Below are positions 17,688-26,353 of a stretch of 32,000 nt of DNA, piece by piece; the stretch's first letter is position 1; each line of letters begins with the position of its first letter. Both the position numbers and the translations under genes were made by a program. A model generated the notes under the pieces. The model was not told where the DNA came from and did no database searches. It saw nothing but the letters and a program-made list of their open reading frames with translations. The DNA comes from Archaeoglobus fulgidus DSM 4304 (GTDB lineage: Archaea > Halobacteriota > Archaeoglobi > Archaeoglobales > Archaeoglobaceae). Where the stretch lies: positions 60,001 to 92,000 of the forward strand of contig NC_000917.1 in NCBI RefSeq assembly GCF_000008665.1, read 5' to 3'.

Positions 17688-18448
17688 ATTTCCACACATT
17701 TTTCAGCGATGTTGCCGAAGTAGCCTACCTCCATTTCGCAGACCCTGTTTACGCAGTACCTGTAGTCAACATCCTCATCGCCTATCCTCACCCAGGCGTG
17801 CTTGGAATCTCCACTTTCCCCTTCCCTCTGTCCCACGCAGAACCTGACGTCGTAGCCCTTCACCTTCATAACAGCCGCCATTGCTGCAGCCACATCGTCG
17901 CAGTCGCCAACCCTGTGAATAAGGAACCACTCTGGATTGACTATTGCATCCTTTTCCTTGAGCATTGCCTCATCCTCGACGTAGTCGAAGGAGAACCTTT
18001 TTCCATTCAGGTAAACCGCATCTGAGACAACAATCATCTCGGCAAATTTTGAGATTATCGGAGAGTTCAGGGAGTCCTCAATAGCTCGCTTTGCCTTATC
18101 CAACCTTTCAACAATGGAGCCTTCCAGCCTGACGGTCCACCGTTCGGGATTCGTGGATATCAGGTCTTTAAGCTCCTCCACGTCTCTCTCTACATCTCTA
18201 CGTTCCTCAGCAGCTTTTTCCAGCATTTTTGTGCAGTTTTGGAGTCTCTCAGCGAGACTTTTCTGCTGCTCAACGTACTTTCCCCTCTCCTCCAGCAGGC
18301 TCAGGTACTCGATTCTGAGCAGACTGTACTTGGTTTCAGCCTGAACGCATTTATCGTAAAGGTATATCGAGGCCGTTGACGCAACCACTGCAATGATCAG
18401 GGCAATAACCAAGCTCTTTTGCATGCAATTAGTACCACCGACACTCAA
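17684..18448 (-). CDS. Membrane-anchored coiled-coil protein with C-terminal transglutaminase-like/cysteine-protease-like domain
   Basis: N-terminal hydrophobic segment (LVIALIIAVVASTASIYLY), long charged coiled coil, then VGDCDDVAAAMAAVMKVKGYDVRFCVGQ...SKHAWVRIGDEDVDYRYC. Confidence 0.6.
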   Translation of the reverse strand: MSVGGTNCMQKSLVIALIIAVVASTASIYLYDKCVQAETKYSLLRIEYLSLLEERGKYVEQQKSLAERLQNCTKMLEKAAEERRDVERDVEELKDLISTNPERWTVRLEGSIVERLDKAKRAIEDSLNSPIISKFAEMIVVSDAVYLNGKRFSFDYVEDEAMLKEKDAIVNPEWFLIHRVGDCDDVAAAMAAVMKVKGYDVRFCVGQREGESGDSKHAWVRIGDEDVDYRYCVNRVCEMEVGYFGNIAEKCVEI

Positions 18449-18493
18449 AAAGGTTACCGTAAAAAATTTTAAGGTATAAGTTAATTAATTATT

Positions 18494-19789
18494 ATGAAAG
18501 TAAGAACCGTTTACTGGAAGCTGGACGGGGAGTGGAGCACGCTTGAGAAGTTCGCTGAAATTAGTTCTGCATACTTCAAAACCGGCAGCACCGCTTACTG
18601 GAAGTTGCTAATATCCACGCAGGAAGTTCAGGTTAAGAGGGGTAGACCGGTTATAATAAAGGTGAGAAAGGTAGAACTGCCAGCAAAAACGGCAGTCTCT
18701 CCCCTCTCGATTCAGAGGCACGCTTTGGGAACGGTTGTTGACGTTTACGGGGAAAGGCTTTACAGAGTTGAGGAGCAGAAGAATATAACCCACGTGGTTT
18801 TCCTTCCTGTTGAGGATGGTACGGTTGAAATAGATGACCTCCTTGGCGTGGTTAAGGTTTACCCGATGAATGTGGCGCCAGCGGAGAATGTAGGAGCCAT
18901 CACAGCCCCGGAGGTTGCGATGTCACTCAAAGAGCAGGAGGCAAATCTTGTTTACGTCAAAGATGATGAGGTTGTGAGAGAAAAAAGGATTCTGAAGGAG
19001 TACTGGTACCGCAGGTGGCACATTGGGGAGTGGTACCCCCTGATAGCCAGAGAAGAGGCTGAGGTAACGAAGGGCGAGGCTGTCAAGGTAAGGATTGAGA
19101 ACCTTGAGCTGCCGGAAAACACCATTCCGGTTCCCATGTCCATTATGACCCACGCCCTCGGAACGGTTATTGACATTGCCCACATGGGGAGGCCGAGGGC
19201 TGTAGAGGAGAGAAAGCTGATAACCCATGCAGTATTCCTTCCAGCCTTGGATGGCAGGGTTGAAAAAGGGGATTTGCTTGGTGTTCTGAACGTGTACTAC
19301 ATCTCATCCGGAGAAAGGGCTGCCAGAATCTTTCAGCATCTGACGGGTAAGGTTGAGGCCAACCACGTTTACTGGAAGGATGGAAGGATAAGAAGAAGGA
19401 GTATAGTCGTTACGCCTTTCAGCTTCAGGAGGAGCAGCATAGGAAGGTTTGAGCCAGTGATAGCTGAGGAAAGCGTTGAGCTTGCAGAAGGGGAGGTGGG
19501 AGTGGTTAAAATCAGGGACCTTGAGTTCCCGTCGGGAACGATAACCCAACCCCTGACCTCCTTCAACCATGCATTCGGCAGCATCGTTGACCTCTGCGCC
19601 TTCTCGCCGCCAAAAATGGTTGAGGAGGACAGAGTTGTTACGCATGCGGTTGTGCTATCCCCCAAGGGAGGAAGAATAGAAAAGGGAGACTTGCTTGGGG
19701 CGGTGGCTGTTTACAACATCTCTGTGCTGAGAGAGCCGGAGTTTCTCATTTCGAAGTACAGGGAGCTAATGATAAGGGCGGAGCAATGA
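18494..19789 (+). CDS. Protein with three tandem DUF22-type repeats
   Basis: 431 aa with three about 140-aa units, each carrying ELPxxTxxxPxSxxxHALGTVxD...ThxVxLPxxxGxxExxDLLGVhxVY. Confidence 0.75.
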   Translation: MKVRTVYWKLDGEWSTLEKFAEISSAYFKTGSTAYWKLLISTQEVQVKRGRPVIIKVRKVELPAKTAVSPLSIQRHALGTVVDVYGERLYRVEEQKNITHVVFLPVEDGTVEIDDLLGVVKVYPMNVAPAENVGAITAPEVAMSLKEQEANLVYVKDDEVVREKRILKEYWYRRWHIGEWYPLIAREEAEVTKGEAVKVRIENLELPENTIPVPMSIMTHALGTVIDIAHMGRPRAVEERKLITHAVFLPALDGRVEKGDLLGVLNVYYISSGERAARIFQHLTGKVEANHVYWKDGRIRRRSIVVTPFSFRRSSIGRFEPVIAEESVELAEGEVGVVKIRDLEFPSGTITQPLTSFNHAFGSIVDLCAFSPPKMVEEDRVVTHAVVLSPKGGRIEKGDLLGAVAVYNISVLREPEFLISKYRELMIRAEQ

Positions 19790-19816
19790 ACTTAATTACT
19801 CAGCAAAATTTTTTCC

Positions 19817-20944
19817 ATGGACTGGATCGAGAGGGAGAAAAAGCACATTCTGCAAACATATACAAGGCAGAAGGTGGTCATTGAAAGAGGAGAGGGTTGT
19901 TACGTTTACGACGTCAACGGAAAAAGGTATTTGGACCTGGTTGCAGGAATAGCGACGGTGAGCATAGGCCACTGTAACAGCCACCTCGTTGAGAGGCTGA
20001 AAGAGCAGCTCGAAAAGCTAATCCACATTTCGAACCTTTACTACACCACCCCTCAGGTAGAGCTAGCAGAGAAATTGAGCGAAATTGCAGGAATGGACAG
20101 GTTCTTCTTCTGCAACAGCGGAGCGGAGGCTGTTGAGGCTGCCCTGAAGTTCGCAAGGAGGGCCACTGGAAGAAAGAAGTTCGTTTCCTTTACCGGTGAC
20201 TTTCACGGCAGAACGATGGGGGCTCTGTCTGTCACGCACAAGGAGAAGTTCAGGAAACCGTTTGAGCCTCTGGTAAGCCCCGTTGAGTTCGCCGAGTTCA
20301 ACAATCCAGAGAGTCTGGAGAAGGTGGTGGATGAAGAAACCGCTGCCGTCATTGTAGAGCTCGTGCAGGGCGAGGCTGGAGTTTATCCGGCTGATAGGGA
20401 GTTTGTGAAAGCGATTGAGGAGCTTAGGGAAAAATACGGATTTCTGCTCATAGTTGACGAGGTCCAGACGGGCTTCGGAAGGACTGGCAGGTGGTTTGCC
20501 AAGGACCACTACGGCATTGAGCCGGACATGATAACGATGGCAAAGGCAATGGGCTCAGGAGTGCCGATAGGGTGCTGCGCATTGAAGGAGGAGGTTGCTG
20601 AGAAGATACAGGTAGGAGACCACGGTTCAACCTTCGGCGGAAACCCTCTGGCCTGCACTGCAGCACTGGCGACGATTGAAGTCATCGAGAGAGAGGGGCT
20701 GGTGGAGAACTCAGCCAGGATGGGCGAGTATTTCGTTAAGAGGCTGAAGGAGAGCTTTGAGAACGTCATCGGAGTGGGACTCATGATTGGGTTTGACGTA
20801 GGAGATGCGGCTGAATTCGTCAGGAAGTGCCTTGAAAATGGATTGCTGGTCAACAACACCTCCGAAAGGAGGATTCGCTTGGTGCCGCCTCTCGTAATTA
20901 CGGAAAGAGAGGTTGATAAAGCTGTTGAAATAATGCTGAATTAA
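19817..20944 (+). CDS. argD: Acetylornithine/class III aminotransferase
   Basis: FFFCNSGAEAVEAALKFARRATGRKKFVSFTGDFHGRTMGALSVT, LLIVDEVQTGFGRTGRWFA, GDHGSTFGGNPLACTAA. Confidence 0.88.
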   Translation: MDWIEREKKHILQTYTRQKVVIERGEGCYVYDVNGKRYLDLVAGIATVSIGHCNSHLVERLKEQLEKLIHISNLYYTTPQVELAEKLSEIAGMDRFFFCNSGAEAVEAALKFARRATGRKKFVSFTGDFHGRTMGALSVTHKEKFRKPFEPLVSPVEFAEFNNPESLEKVVDEETAAVIVELVQGEAGVYPADREFVKAIEELREKYGFLLIVDEVQTGFGRTGRWFAKDHYGIEPDMITMAKAMGSGVPIGCCALKEEVAEKIQVGDHGSTFGGNPLACTAALATIEVIEREGLVENSARMGEYFVKRLKESFENVIGVGLMIGFDVGDAAEFVRKCLENGLLVNNTSERRIRLVPPLVITEREVDKAVEIMLN

Positions 20945-21020
20945 TCTTTTTTTACAGGGATTGGGCAGAGGCAGACCGGAAGCAGATGAACCTAATCTCT
21001 TCCAAAAGCTAATAACAAAA

Positions 21021-21142
21021 AAGCCGACGGTTCCCGCAGTTCCCGTGCCCTCTCGGAACACAGTACTGTGCGGGACGGAACGGGGCTTAACTTCCGGGTT
21101 CGGAATGAGTCCGGGTGTTTCCCCCGTCCTATGACCGTCGGC
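21021..21142 (-). rRNA. rrf: 5S ribosomal RNA
   Basis: GCCGACGGTCATAGGACGGGGGAAACACCCGGACTCATTCCGAACCCGGAAGTTAAGCCCCGTTCCGTCCCGCACAGTACTG...GGGAACCGTCGGCTT: conserved CAUUCCGAACCCGGAAGUUAAG core and terminal helix. Confidence 0.95.
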
Positions 21143-21160
21143 ATAACTGGCTTGGCTCCG

Positions 21161-21172
21161 AGTTATTTAAGG
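21161..21172 (-). promoter_or_regulatory. Putative TATA element for 5S rRNA
   Basis: CCTTAAATAACT on the minus strand, about 25 nt upstream of the 5S 5' end. Confidence 0.5.
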
Positions 21173-21638
21173 ATTTTGGTCGCCGAGAATCCGCTCTTCT
21201 ATGCTAATTTTTCTGGAAAATTTCTCCCTAACCTCGGGCTTCATTAGGTACCATATGATTAGCAGGTTGATGGCGATTTCAACAGCTGCCAGAGGTTGGA
21301 TGAAGAAGAGGAAAATGCTGTAAACAAAATTGACCCCCGCTATCAGAATGGTGAGTATTCTGCCCCACTCTTTGAGTGTGAGCAGGCCAAACCCTGCCAG
21401 CAGGTAAACTATCCCGAAAGTTACCGCCATGTACGAAGCCATTTCGTAAACGGTTTTCAGATCCTCCTCGCTGACGGGCATATTGCCCAGAGACTGGTTG
21501 AGCAGCTTTCCGTACTCTTCGACAAAAACTGGGTATGACTCCTCTTTTGTTGAAAGGAGAATTGTGCCGGTAACAACGGCGAGGGAGCCGATTGCAAGAA
21601 GGACGATTGCGAGTATCGTGACGCCGAGAGGACGCATG
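21167..21638 (-). CDS. Small integral membrane protein, function unknown
   Basis: ORF from MRPLGVTILAIVLLAIGSLAVVTG... with about four hydrophobic segments. The annotated start at 21754 would run through tRNA-Gln, so the internal ATG is preferred. Confidence 0.65.
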
Positions 21639-21732
21639 TAGGCTTTAAATTGTGGAAATATATATCGTTTGCCATTTCCTGGAGTTCCTGAAACCAAAAT
21701 TTTGATAAACCCTTGGGTACCATTCGAATCGA

Positions 21733-21805
21733 AGCCCCGTGGGGTAGCGGTCAATCCTGCCGGACTCTGGATCCGGCGACGCCGGTTCGAATCCGGCCGG
21801 GGCTA
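21733..21805 (+). tRNA. tRNA-Gln (anticodon CUG)
   Basis: AGCCCCGTGGGGTAGCGGTCAATCCTGCCGGACTCTGGATCCGGCGACGCCGGTTCGAATCCGGCCGGGGCTA; acceptor AGCCCCG/CGGGGCT; anticodon loop CTCTGGA. Confidence 0.93.
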
Positions 21806-21843
21806 TCTGTTTTGTTTTCAATAAGCAGGACATTGAGGAGATT

Positions 21844-22701
21844 TTGACAAAAATGGCCATTAAGGGCGTTTCTGGTGGCCATTTGAGGGACACATCAAAG
21901 AGATTATATGACTTTGCGGAGTGGTGTTCATACCGATTTAATCTTAGTGACATAAAAATTTATATAAACGAATTAAAAAGAGAGTATTCGCCCGAATATG
22001 TGCGTAAAGCCGTGCTGGACATCCGCAGACTGCTTAAACACCTGAATTACCCTCTTGCAGATGAGATCCAGCTTCCGAAAACACCCAAGCGGAGAAAGCT
22101 CGTAGTGAAAGTTAAAGATATCAAAAAATTACTATCTGAAGTTCAGGATCTCCCAGTAAGGTCGATGGTGCTGAGAACACGAGCTGCGGTTTTGCTCGCA
22201 GCCACTTCGGGCATCAGAGCTGAGGAACTCTACAGACTAAAAGCTGAGAACATCGATTTGGAAAACAGAACAATACGCATCCCAGCTGAGATCACAAAAG
22301 ACTATGAGGAGAGAGTGACTTTTATCTCAATCGAAGCTCAGGAAGCTCTCAAGGCGTTTTTCGAGAGCTACAAGCCTAAATCGGTTTATCCGTTTACAGA
22401 ATCGACGCTGCGGAAGTCATTTGGTAAAGTGAACTCACCGCTCAGAATGAAGCACATGCGCAAATTCTTCTCTCAACAGAGCGACAGACTGGGCATGCCC
22501 ACAGCGGTAAAGAAGATTCTAATGGGTCACGTTATCGGCGATGAAGACTTTGTCATTGTCCGAGGAGGAGATGTTGACCTTAGACACTACGATTTTCAGG
22601 ACGAGGAGGAGCAGCTTGTTGGCCTCCTCCTCAAGCCCAAGTTTGATAATTCGATTTATCGCCATTTAATGCGATTGATTCGAATGACTTTAAAAGAGTG
22701 A
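21844..22701 (+). CDS. Archaeal tyrosine recombinase/integrase
   Basis: TSGIRAEELYRLKAENIDL, RMKHMRKFFSQQSDRLGMP, ILMGHVIGDEDF, HYDF; catalytic-core pattern R...HxxR...GH...Y. Located about 40 nt past tRNA-Gln. Confidence 0.8.
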   Translation: MTKMAIKGVSGGHLRDTSKRLYDFAEWCSYRFNLSDIKIYINELKREYSPEYVRKAVLDIRRLLKHLNYPLADEIQLPKTPKRRKLVVKVKDIKKLLSEVQDLPVRSMVLRTRAAVLLAATSGIRAEELYRLKAENIDLENRTIRIPAEITKDYEERVTFISIEAQEALKAFFESYKPKSVYPFTESTLRKSFGKVNSPLRMKHMRKFFSQQSDRLGMPTAVKKILMGHVIGDEDFVIVRGGDVDLRHYDFQDEEEQLVGLLLKPKFDNSIYRHLMRLIRMTLKE

Positions 22702-22709
22702 GTTGGGGG

Positions 22710-22895
22710 TTAATCCTCTGCAGTTTTCAGCACCCTCCAAGCTCTAACAACTTCCGCCTTAGCTGGCCTTCCCTCCACGAAGATCTCAATTGCTCTGTGC
22801 TTTCCAGTCTGGTGGATCAACCTGGGCTTGCTGATCCTCCTGCCAACGCAGCGAATCTTCTCTCCCTCAATCCTCTGGCTCGACATAGCCCTCAC
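22710..22895 (-). CDS. Small hypothetical protein downstream of the RHH/wHTH-like gene
   Basis: 61-aa ORF overlapping the upstream gene by 29 nt, codirectional; no recognised domain. Confidence 0.4.
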   Translation of the reverse strand: MRAMSSQRIEGEKIRCVGRRISKPRLIHQTGKHRAIEIFVEGRPAKAEVVRAWRVLKTAED

Positions 22896-23187
22896 TCCAC
22901 AGCTCCATCAGAATATCGTTAACCAAGCTGAGGTCGAGTCTTAAGGCATCTGCGATCTCATCCGCCCACACTCTCTCCTTGCCCTTGATAAACTCCTTCA
23001 CCTCTTCCTTGGCCTGCTCTTTCGGGACGTCTCTCAGCTCAACAACTTCCAATCCTCGAAGTTCTTCAGCGTAGTGCCTGATCGCTTCTCTGATTGCCTC
23101 AGCCTTAGATGTTTTAAGCTTCTCAACTATGATGTTGAGCTCATCCTCAACTTCCGTTAGGTCGACAGGGTAGATGTAGCGCTGCAT
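22867..23187 (-). CDS. Putative ribbon-helix-helix / winged-HTH DNA-binding protein
   Basis: Using internal ATG: MQRYIYPVDLTEVEDELNIIVEKLKTSKAEAIREAIRHYAEELRG...ERVWADEIADALRLDLSLVNDILMELWSEGYVEPED. Confidence 0.55.
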   Translation of the reverse strand: MQRYIYPVDLTEVEDELNIIVEKLKTSKAEAIREAIRHYAEELRGLEVVELRDVPKEQAKEEVKEFIKGKERVWADEIADALRLDLSLVNDILMELWSEGYVEPED

Positions 23188-23269
23188 GTATAAGGTTGTA
23201 TAGGGGAGTATAAATAGATTTTTGGATTGGGGGACACTGTAGAATTTTATCGAGAATTCTTTGTTCGAG

Positions 23270-23398
23270 CTCGTATCTCTCGAAAGCTTCTGCCTCGATG
23301 GTGGCGAGGACCATCGCCACATTTGCAGGATCGACGGCCTTGACAATCAAACCGTTCTTGGTGAACCTACCGGTGGTAATCTGCTTGGCGGCATACCT
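23270..23398 (-). pseudogene. Fragment resembling the N-terminal region of a sliding clamp (PCNA)
   Basis: Open stretch RYAAKQITTGRFTKNGLIVKAVDPANVAMVLATIEAEAFERYE; the AVDPANVAMV block is the PCNA signature. No complete clamp ORF surrounds it. Confidence 0.5.
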
Positions 23399-23679
23399 AG
23401 TTAGTCAGGTTTTTTGTCTCGCAGGTTTCTGCCCCGATTACCTTGCAGAACTACACTTGTGCACTTTCTTTACGTTCTTCACTTCATTTTTGCTGGTGCC
23501 ACTGGCGATCTTCACGCTAAGGAAAGACGGGAATTTTCTCCGGAAAAGGGCAGTTTTTACCTCTTACAGTTGCGTTTATCCTCCTTTTCGACTCGGAAAT
23601 CCCACCTGTTTTTACAGCTATCACTGGTTTCTGATTCACATTCCGGAGTCGCTCTGGCTTGTGAATAATGGATTTGGAC

Positions 23680-24414
23680 TTAGAGCCACCTGCAGACTCT
23701 CCTCTCGGCGCTCTCAACGATGACGTACAGTGCAAAGCCGAGAAGGGCCATTGTTGTAATTGCAGCGTACATTGTCGTGTAGTCGGCCCTGCTCCAGGAG
23801 TCGATTATGAGGTATCCCAGACCGCTCGTTGTGGCGAAGCTCTCAGCAAAGAACAGGACTGCTATGGCGGTTCCTATGCTTATTCTCAACGCAGTCAGGA
23901 TTTTCGGCATAACAGCTGGGATGATTACGTGCCTGTAAATGTCGATTTTTGACGCTCCGAGTGAGAGTATTGAGTAAACGTAGTAATCGCTGACCTGCTT
24001 TGCCGCATCTCTGGTTGTGACGGCAATCTGGAAAAAAAGGATTGTTGCGATGAGCAGAACTCTTGACAGGTCACCTATCCCGAAGAGAAGAATGTAGAGG
24101 GGAAGAAGAACAATGTGGGGGATGGGATAGAGAAGGTATATTATCGGCGAGATTGTTGCATCAACAACTCTTTCGCGGCTTAAAATGCCAGCAGGAAGGG
24201 CAACTGAGAGGGCAAGCGCGAGAGAGTACACGACTCTGATCAAGCTCACGGCTGTGTGCGTTATCAGCTCTTTGCGAGTTAAGATTAAAGCCAGCACGTC
24301 CAGTGGATTGGGCAGGGCGGGATTTTGCAGTAAGTAGCTTGCAGCCGCCCAGATGAGAAGCAGGGAAGCTAAGGTTATCAGGTAGCCCTTATAGTCTGCC
24401 TTAGAAGCTTGCAT
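23680..24414 (-). CDS. ABC transporter permease (SsuC/TauC/NMT1-associated family)
   Basis: Six-TM-like hydrophobic pattern; YPIPHIVLLPLYILLFGIGDLS, GASKIDIYRHVIIPAVMPKILTALRISIGTA EAA-type loop. Confidence 0.88.
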   Translation of the reverse strand: MQASKADYKGYLITLASLLLIWAAASYLLQNPALPNPLDVLALILTRKELITHTAVSLIRVVYSLALALSVALPAGILSRERVVDATISPIIYLLYPIPHIVLLPLYILLFGIGDLSRVLLIATILFFQIAVTTRDAAKQVSDYYVYSILSLGASKIDIYRHVIIPAVMPKILTALRISIGTAIAVLFFAESFATTSGLGYLIIDSWSRADYTTMYAAITTMALLGFALYVIVESAERRVCRWL

Positions 24415-25109
24415 CTTTCGAAAAACACCTCCTCGTATCTGTAACTCTCATCCCCAGCCTCTCTGTTATCCACGACCGCCTTCACCCTTCCCGGTCTCTC
24501 GGTAAGAACCACTATCTTTCTTCCCAGAAAAACGGCCTCTTCAATGCTGTGAGTCACCAGAACCATGGTTGTTTTAGTTTCCTTCCAGAGATTGAGCAGG
24601 AAGTTCTGCATTTCCTCTCTCGATAAAGCGTCAAGGGAGGAGAGGGGCTCGTCCATCAGGAGGATTTGGGGTTCGATTGCGATTGCTCTGGCTATAGCTA
24701 CTCTCTGCTTCATCCCCCCGCTTAGCTGCTTAGGGTAGCTCTTTTCAAAGCCCTTCAAACCGAACTTTTCGAGAAGCGCTGTAACTCTCTCCCTCTCTGC
24801 CCTCCTGCTGAAGCCCCTAATTTTCAAGCCAAGAGCAACGTTGTCGTAAACGGTTTTCCACGGAAACAGGCCAAAGTCCTGAAGAATTAGGGCGGCATTT
24901 TTGAGTGGGGAATTGACAGCCCTGTCATCGACCAACACTTCACCCTCAGAGGGTTTGAGCAGTCCGGCCATGATGAGCAGTAACGTCGACTTCCCGCAGC
25001 CTGAAGGACCGATTATCGCGCAGGTTTCTCCATCCTCAACCTCAAAGCTGACACCATCAAGGGCCTTTAGCTCTCCAAAAAATTTTGAAATACCCTTTAC
25101 CGTAATCAT
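24378..25109 (-). CDS. ABC transporter ATP-binding protein (SsuB/TauB family)
   Basis: GPSGCGKSTLL, QDFGLFPWKTV, LSGGMKQRVAIARAIA, LLMDEPLSSLD, VTHSIEEAVFL. Confidence 0.9.
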   Translation of the reverse strand: MITVKGISKFFGELKALDGVSFEVEDGETCAIIGPSGCGKSTLLLIMAGLLKPSEGEVLVDDRAVNSPLKNAALILQDFGLFPWKTVYDNVALGLKIRGFSRRAERERVTALLEKFGLKGFEKSYPKQLSGGMKQRVAIARAIAIEPQILLMDEPLSSLDALSREEMQNFLLNLWKETKTTMVLVTHSIEEAVFLGRKIVVLTERPGRVKAVVDNREAGDESYRYEEVFFERCKLLRQTIRAT

Positions 25110-26008
25110 CTGATTGCCTCTTCGTAGGGGACAGGTTTCTCAATCAGCCCCCTCTGCATGGCCCACTCAAGGTAGCGGTCGTAGTATTCCTTCGGCAGTT
25201 GCTGCGGTTCGGGATAATCGGGTATTGGATAGCTGCCCGCAATATTCTCAGGAACTCTCGCTATCTCAATGAATTTCTCCCTGTACTTCTCTTTGTTCGC
25301 GTTTATCTCCCTCACAGCCTCTCTGTAAGCTTCAAGGAACTTCTGAACCTTCTCGTCATCAACATCCCCTCTGAAGACTATGACAGTCTGCGTGATGCTC
25401 TCGTTCAGCATCGCATCGCTGAGAATCAGCTTCGCACCTTTGCTTACCGCGTAGCTTGCTAGTGGCTCCGGCAGAACGGCAGTCTCTACATTCCCATTCA
25501 GCAAAGCCTGCATTCTTATCGGAATCTTGGGGATGGAAATCTTGGTGTAGTTTAATCCGTATTCGGACAGCATAACGTCAAGAGCGTATTCGATTATTGT
25601 GTTCAGCGAGACTGCTATTTCCTTGCCGTCTAAATCCTCAACTGAGTCGATGTCGGAGTTTGGTGCAGCGAGTATAGCGAAAACTCCCTCTTTAGGTGTT
25701 TTTCCCAAGCACAATGAGGCTATTCTGACGTCGTAGCCCTTGTCTCTGAGCAGTATCACCGCAAGCGGATCGGTTATAACGGCATCGACCTCTCCGGCGG
25801 TCAGCGCGGCATCTCTCTCAACGGCGCTTGAGAACTGTATAACCTCAACATCGAGTCCGTGCTTTTTGAAAAAGCCCTGCTCGTCGGCCACAACTATGGG
25901 CAGAGAGTCCTCAATCGGCAAAATTCCCACTTTGAGTTTTTCCTGCGGTGCCTGGCTGCATCCGAGCAGGGTTGCTGCAAGAATCAGAGTTAACAACAAC
26001 CTCCGCAT
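25106..26008 (-). CDS. ABC transporter substrate-binding lipoprotein (SsuA/NMT1-like)
   Basis: Lipobox-like LTLILAATLLGCSQ, then KVGILPIEDSLPIVVADEQGFFKKHGLDVEVIQF. Confidence 0.85.
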   Translation of the reverse strand: MRRLLLTLILAATLLGCSQAPQEKLKVGILPIEDSLPIVVADEQGFFKKHGLDVEVIQFSSAVERDAALTAGEVDAVITDPLAVILLRDKGYDVRIASLCLGKTPKEGVFAILAAPNSDIDSVEDLDGKEIAVSLNTIIEYALDVMLSEYGLNYTKISIPKIPIRMQALLNGNVETAVLPEPLASYAVSKGAKLILSDAMLNESITQTVIVFRGDVDDEKVQKFLEAYREAVREINANKEKYREKFIEIARVPENIAGSYPIPDYPEPQQLPKEYYDRYLEWAMQRGLIEKPVPYEEAIR

Positions 26009-26040
26009 AGTGAAAAATTTGTGGAGGGTTCAAAAAACTT

Positions 26041-26282
26041 TGGGAGTGGCGGTAGTAAGCCCCCTTCTGTTCCGGCGGCATTAGACTGAGCCGCTTACGC
26101 GTTGCACCCGGCGGGGAGGAGGCCGTTTCATCCGGAGCGGGTGACCTCATCCTTGCGGAATCATCGCATTTCCCCGCACCGGTCTCGTTTCTGTTCCTCC
26201 TCCGCCCCTTCTCAGGGGCCTTCCGCCACAGCGGGTGGGGGGACTTTCCTCCTTTCGGTCAGCCGCCCACCGCCGCTCCCAC
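26041..26282 (-). ncRNA. rnpB: RNase P RNA (archaeal type A)
   Basis: Minus strand: TGGGAGCGGCGG...GGCTGACCGAAAGGAGGAAAGTCCCCCCACC...ACAGAAACGAGACC...GATGAAACGG...CAGAAGGGGGCTTACTACCGCCACTCCCA. Universal GAGGAAAGUC and CRIV/CRV elements; about 12-bp terminal helix. Confidence 0.93.
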
Positions 26283-26353
26283 TGTAATGTTTCTCCGACG
26301 ACTATTAAAAATTAGCTCAAAGTAAAAAGCGAAAGGTATTTTAATGTTAAATT

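Noticed and set aside
21296-21723. ORFs 21296..21538, 21457..21723 and the upstream extension of 21167..21754
   Set aside because: They are antisense to the membrane protein or run into tRNA-Gln; the membrane protein is better started at the internal ATG at 21638.
21733-23680. Fully delimited integrated element with attL/attR at tRNA-Gln
   Set aside because: I could not find a second copy of the tRNA-Gln 3' end within the window, so the element boundaries are not supported and no mobile_element feature is called.
23298-23735. ORFs 23298..23723, 23414..23668, 23517..23735
   Set aside because: Mutually overlapping frames with Phe/Leu/Ser-rich shadow-like composition and no motif; the only recognisable signal in the area is the PCNA-like string on the minus strand.
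26102-26287. ORF 26102..26287 (+) and the similar ORF 25911..26150 (-)
   Set aside because: Both overlap the RNase P RNA gene; the amino acid sequences are low-complexity artefacts of GC-rich structured RNA.
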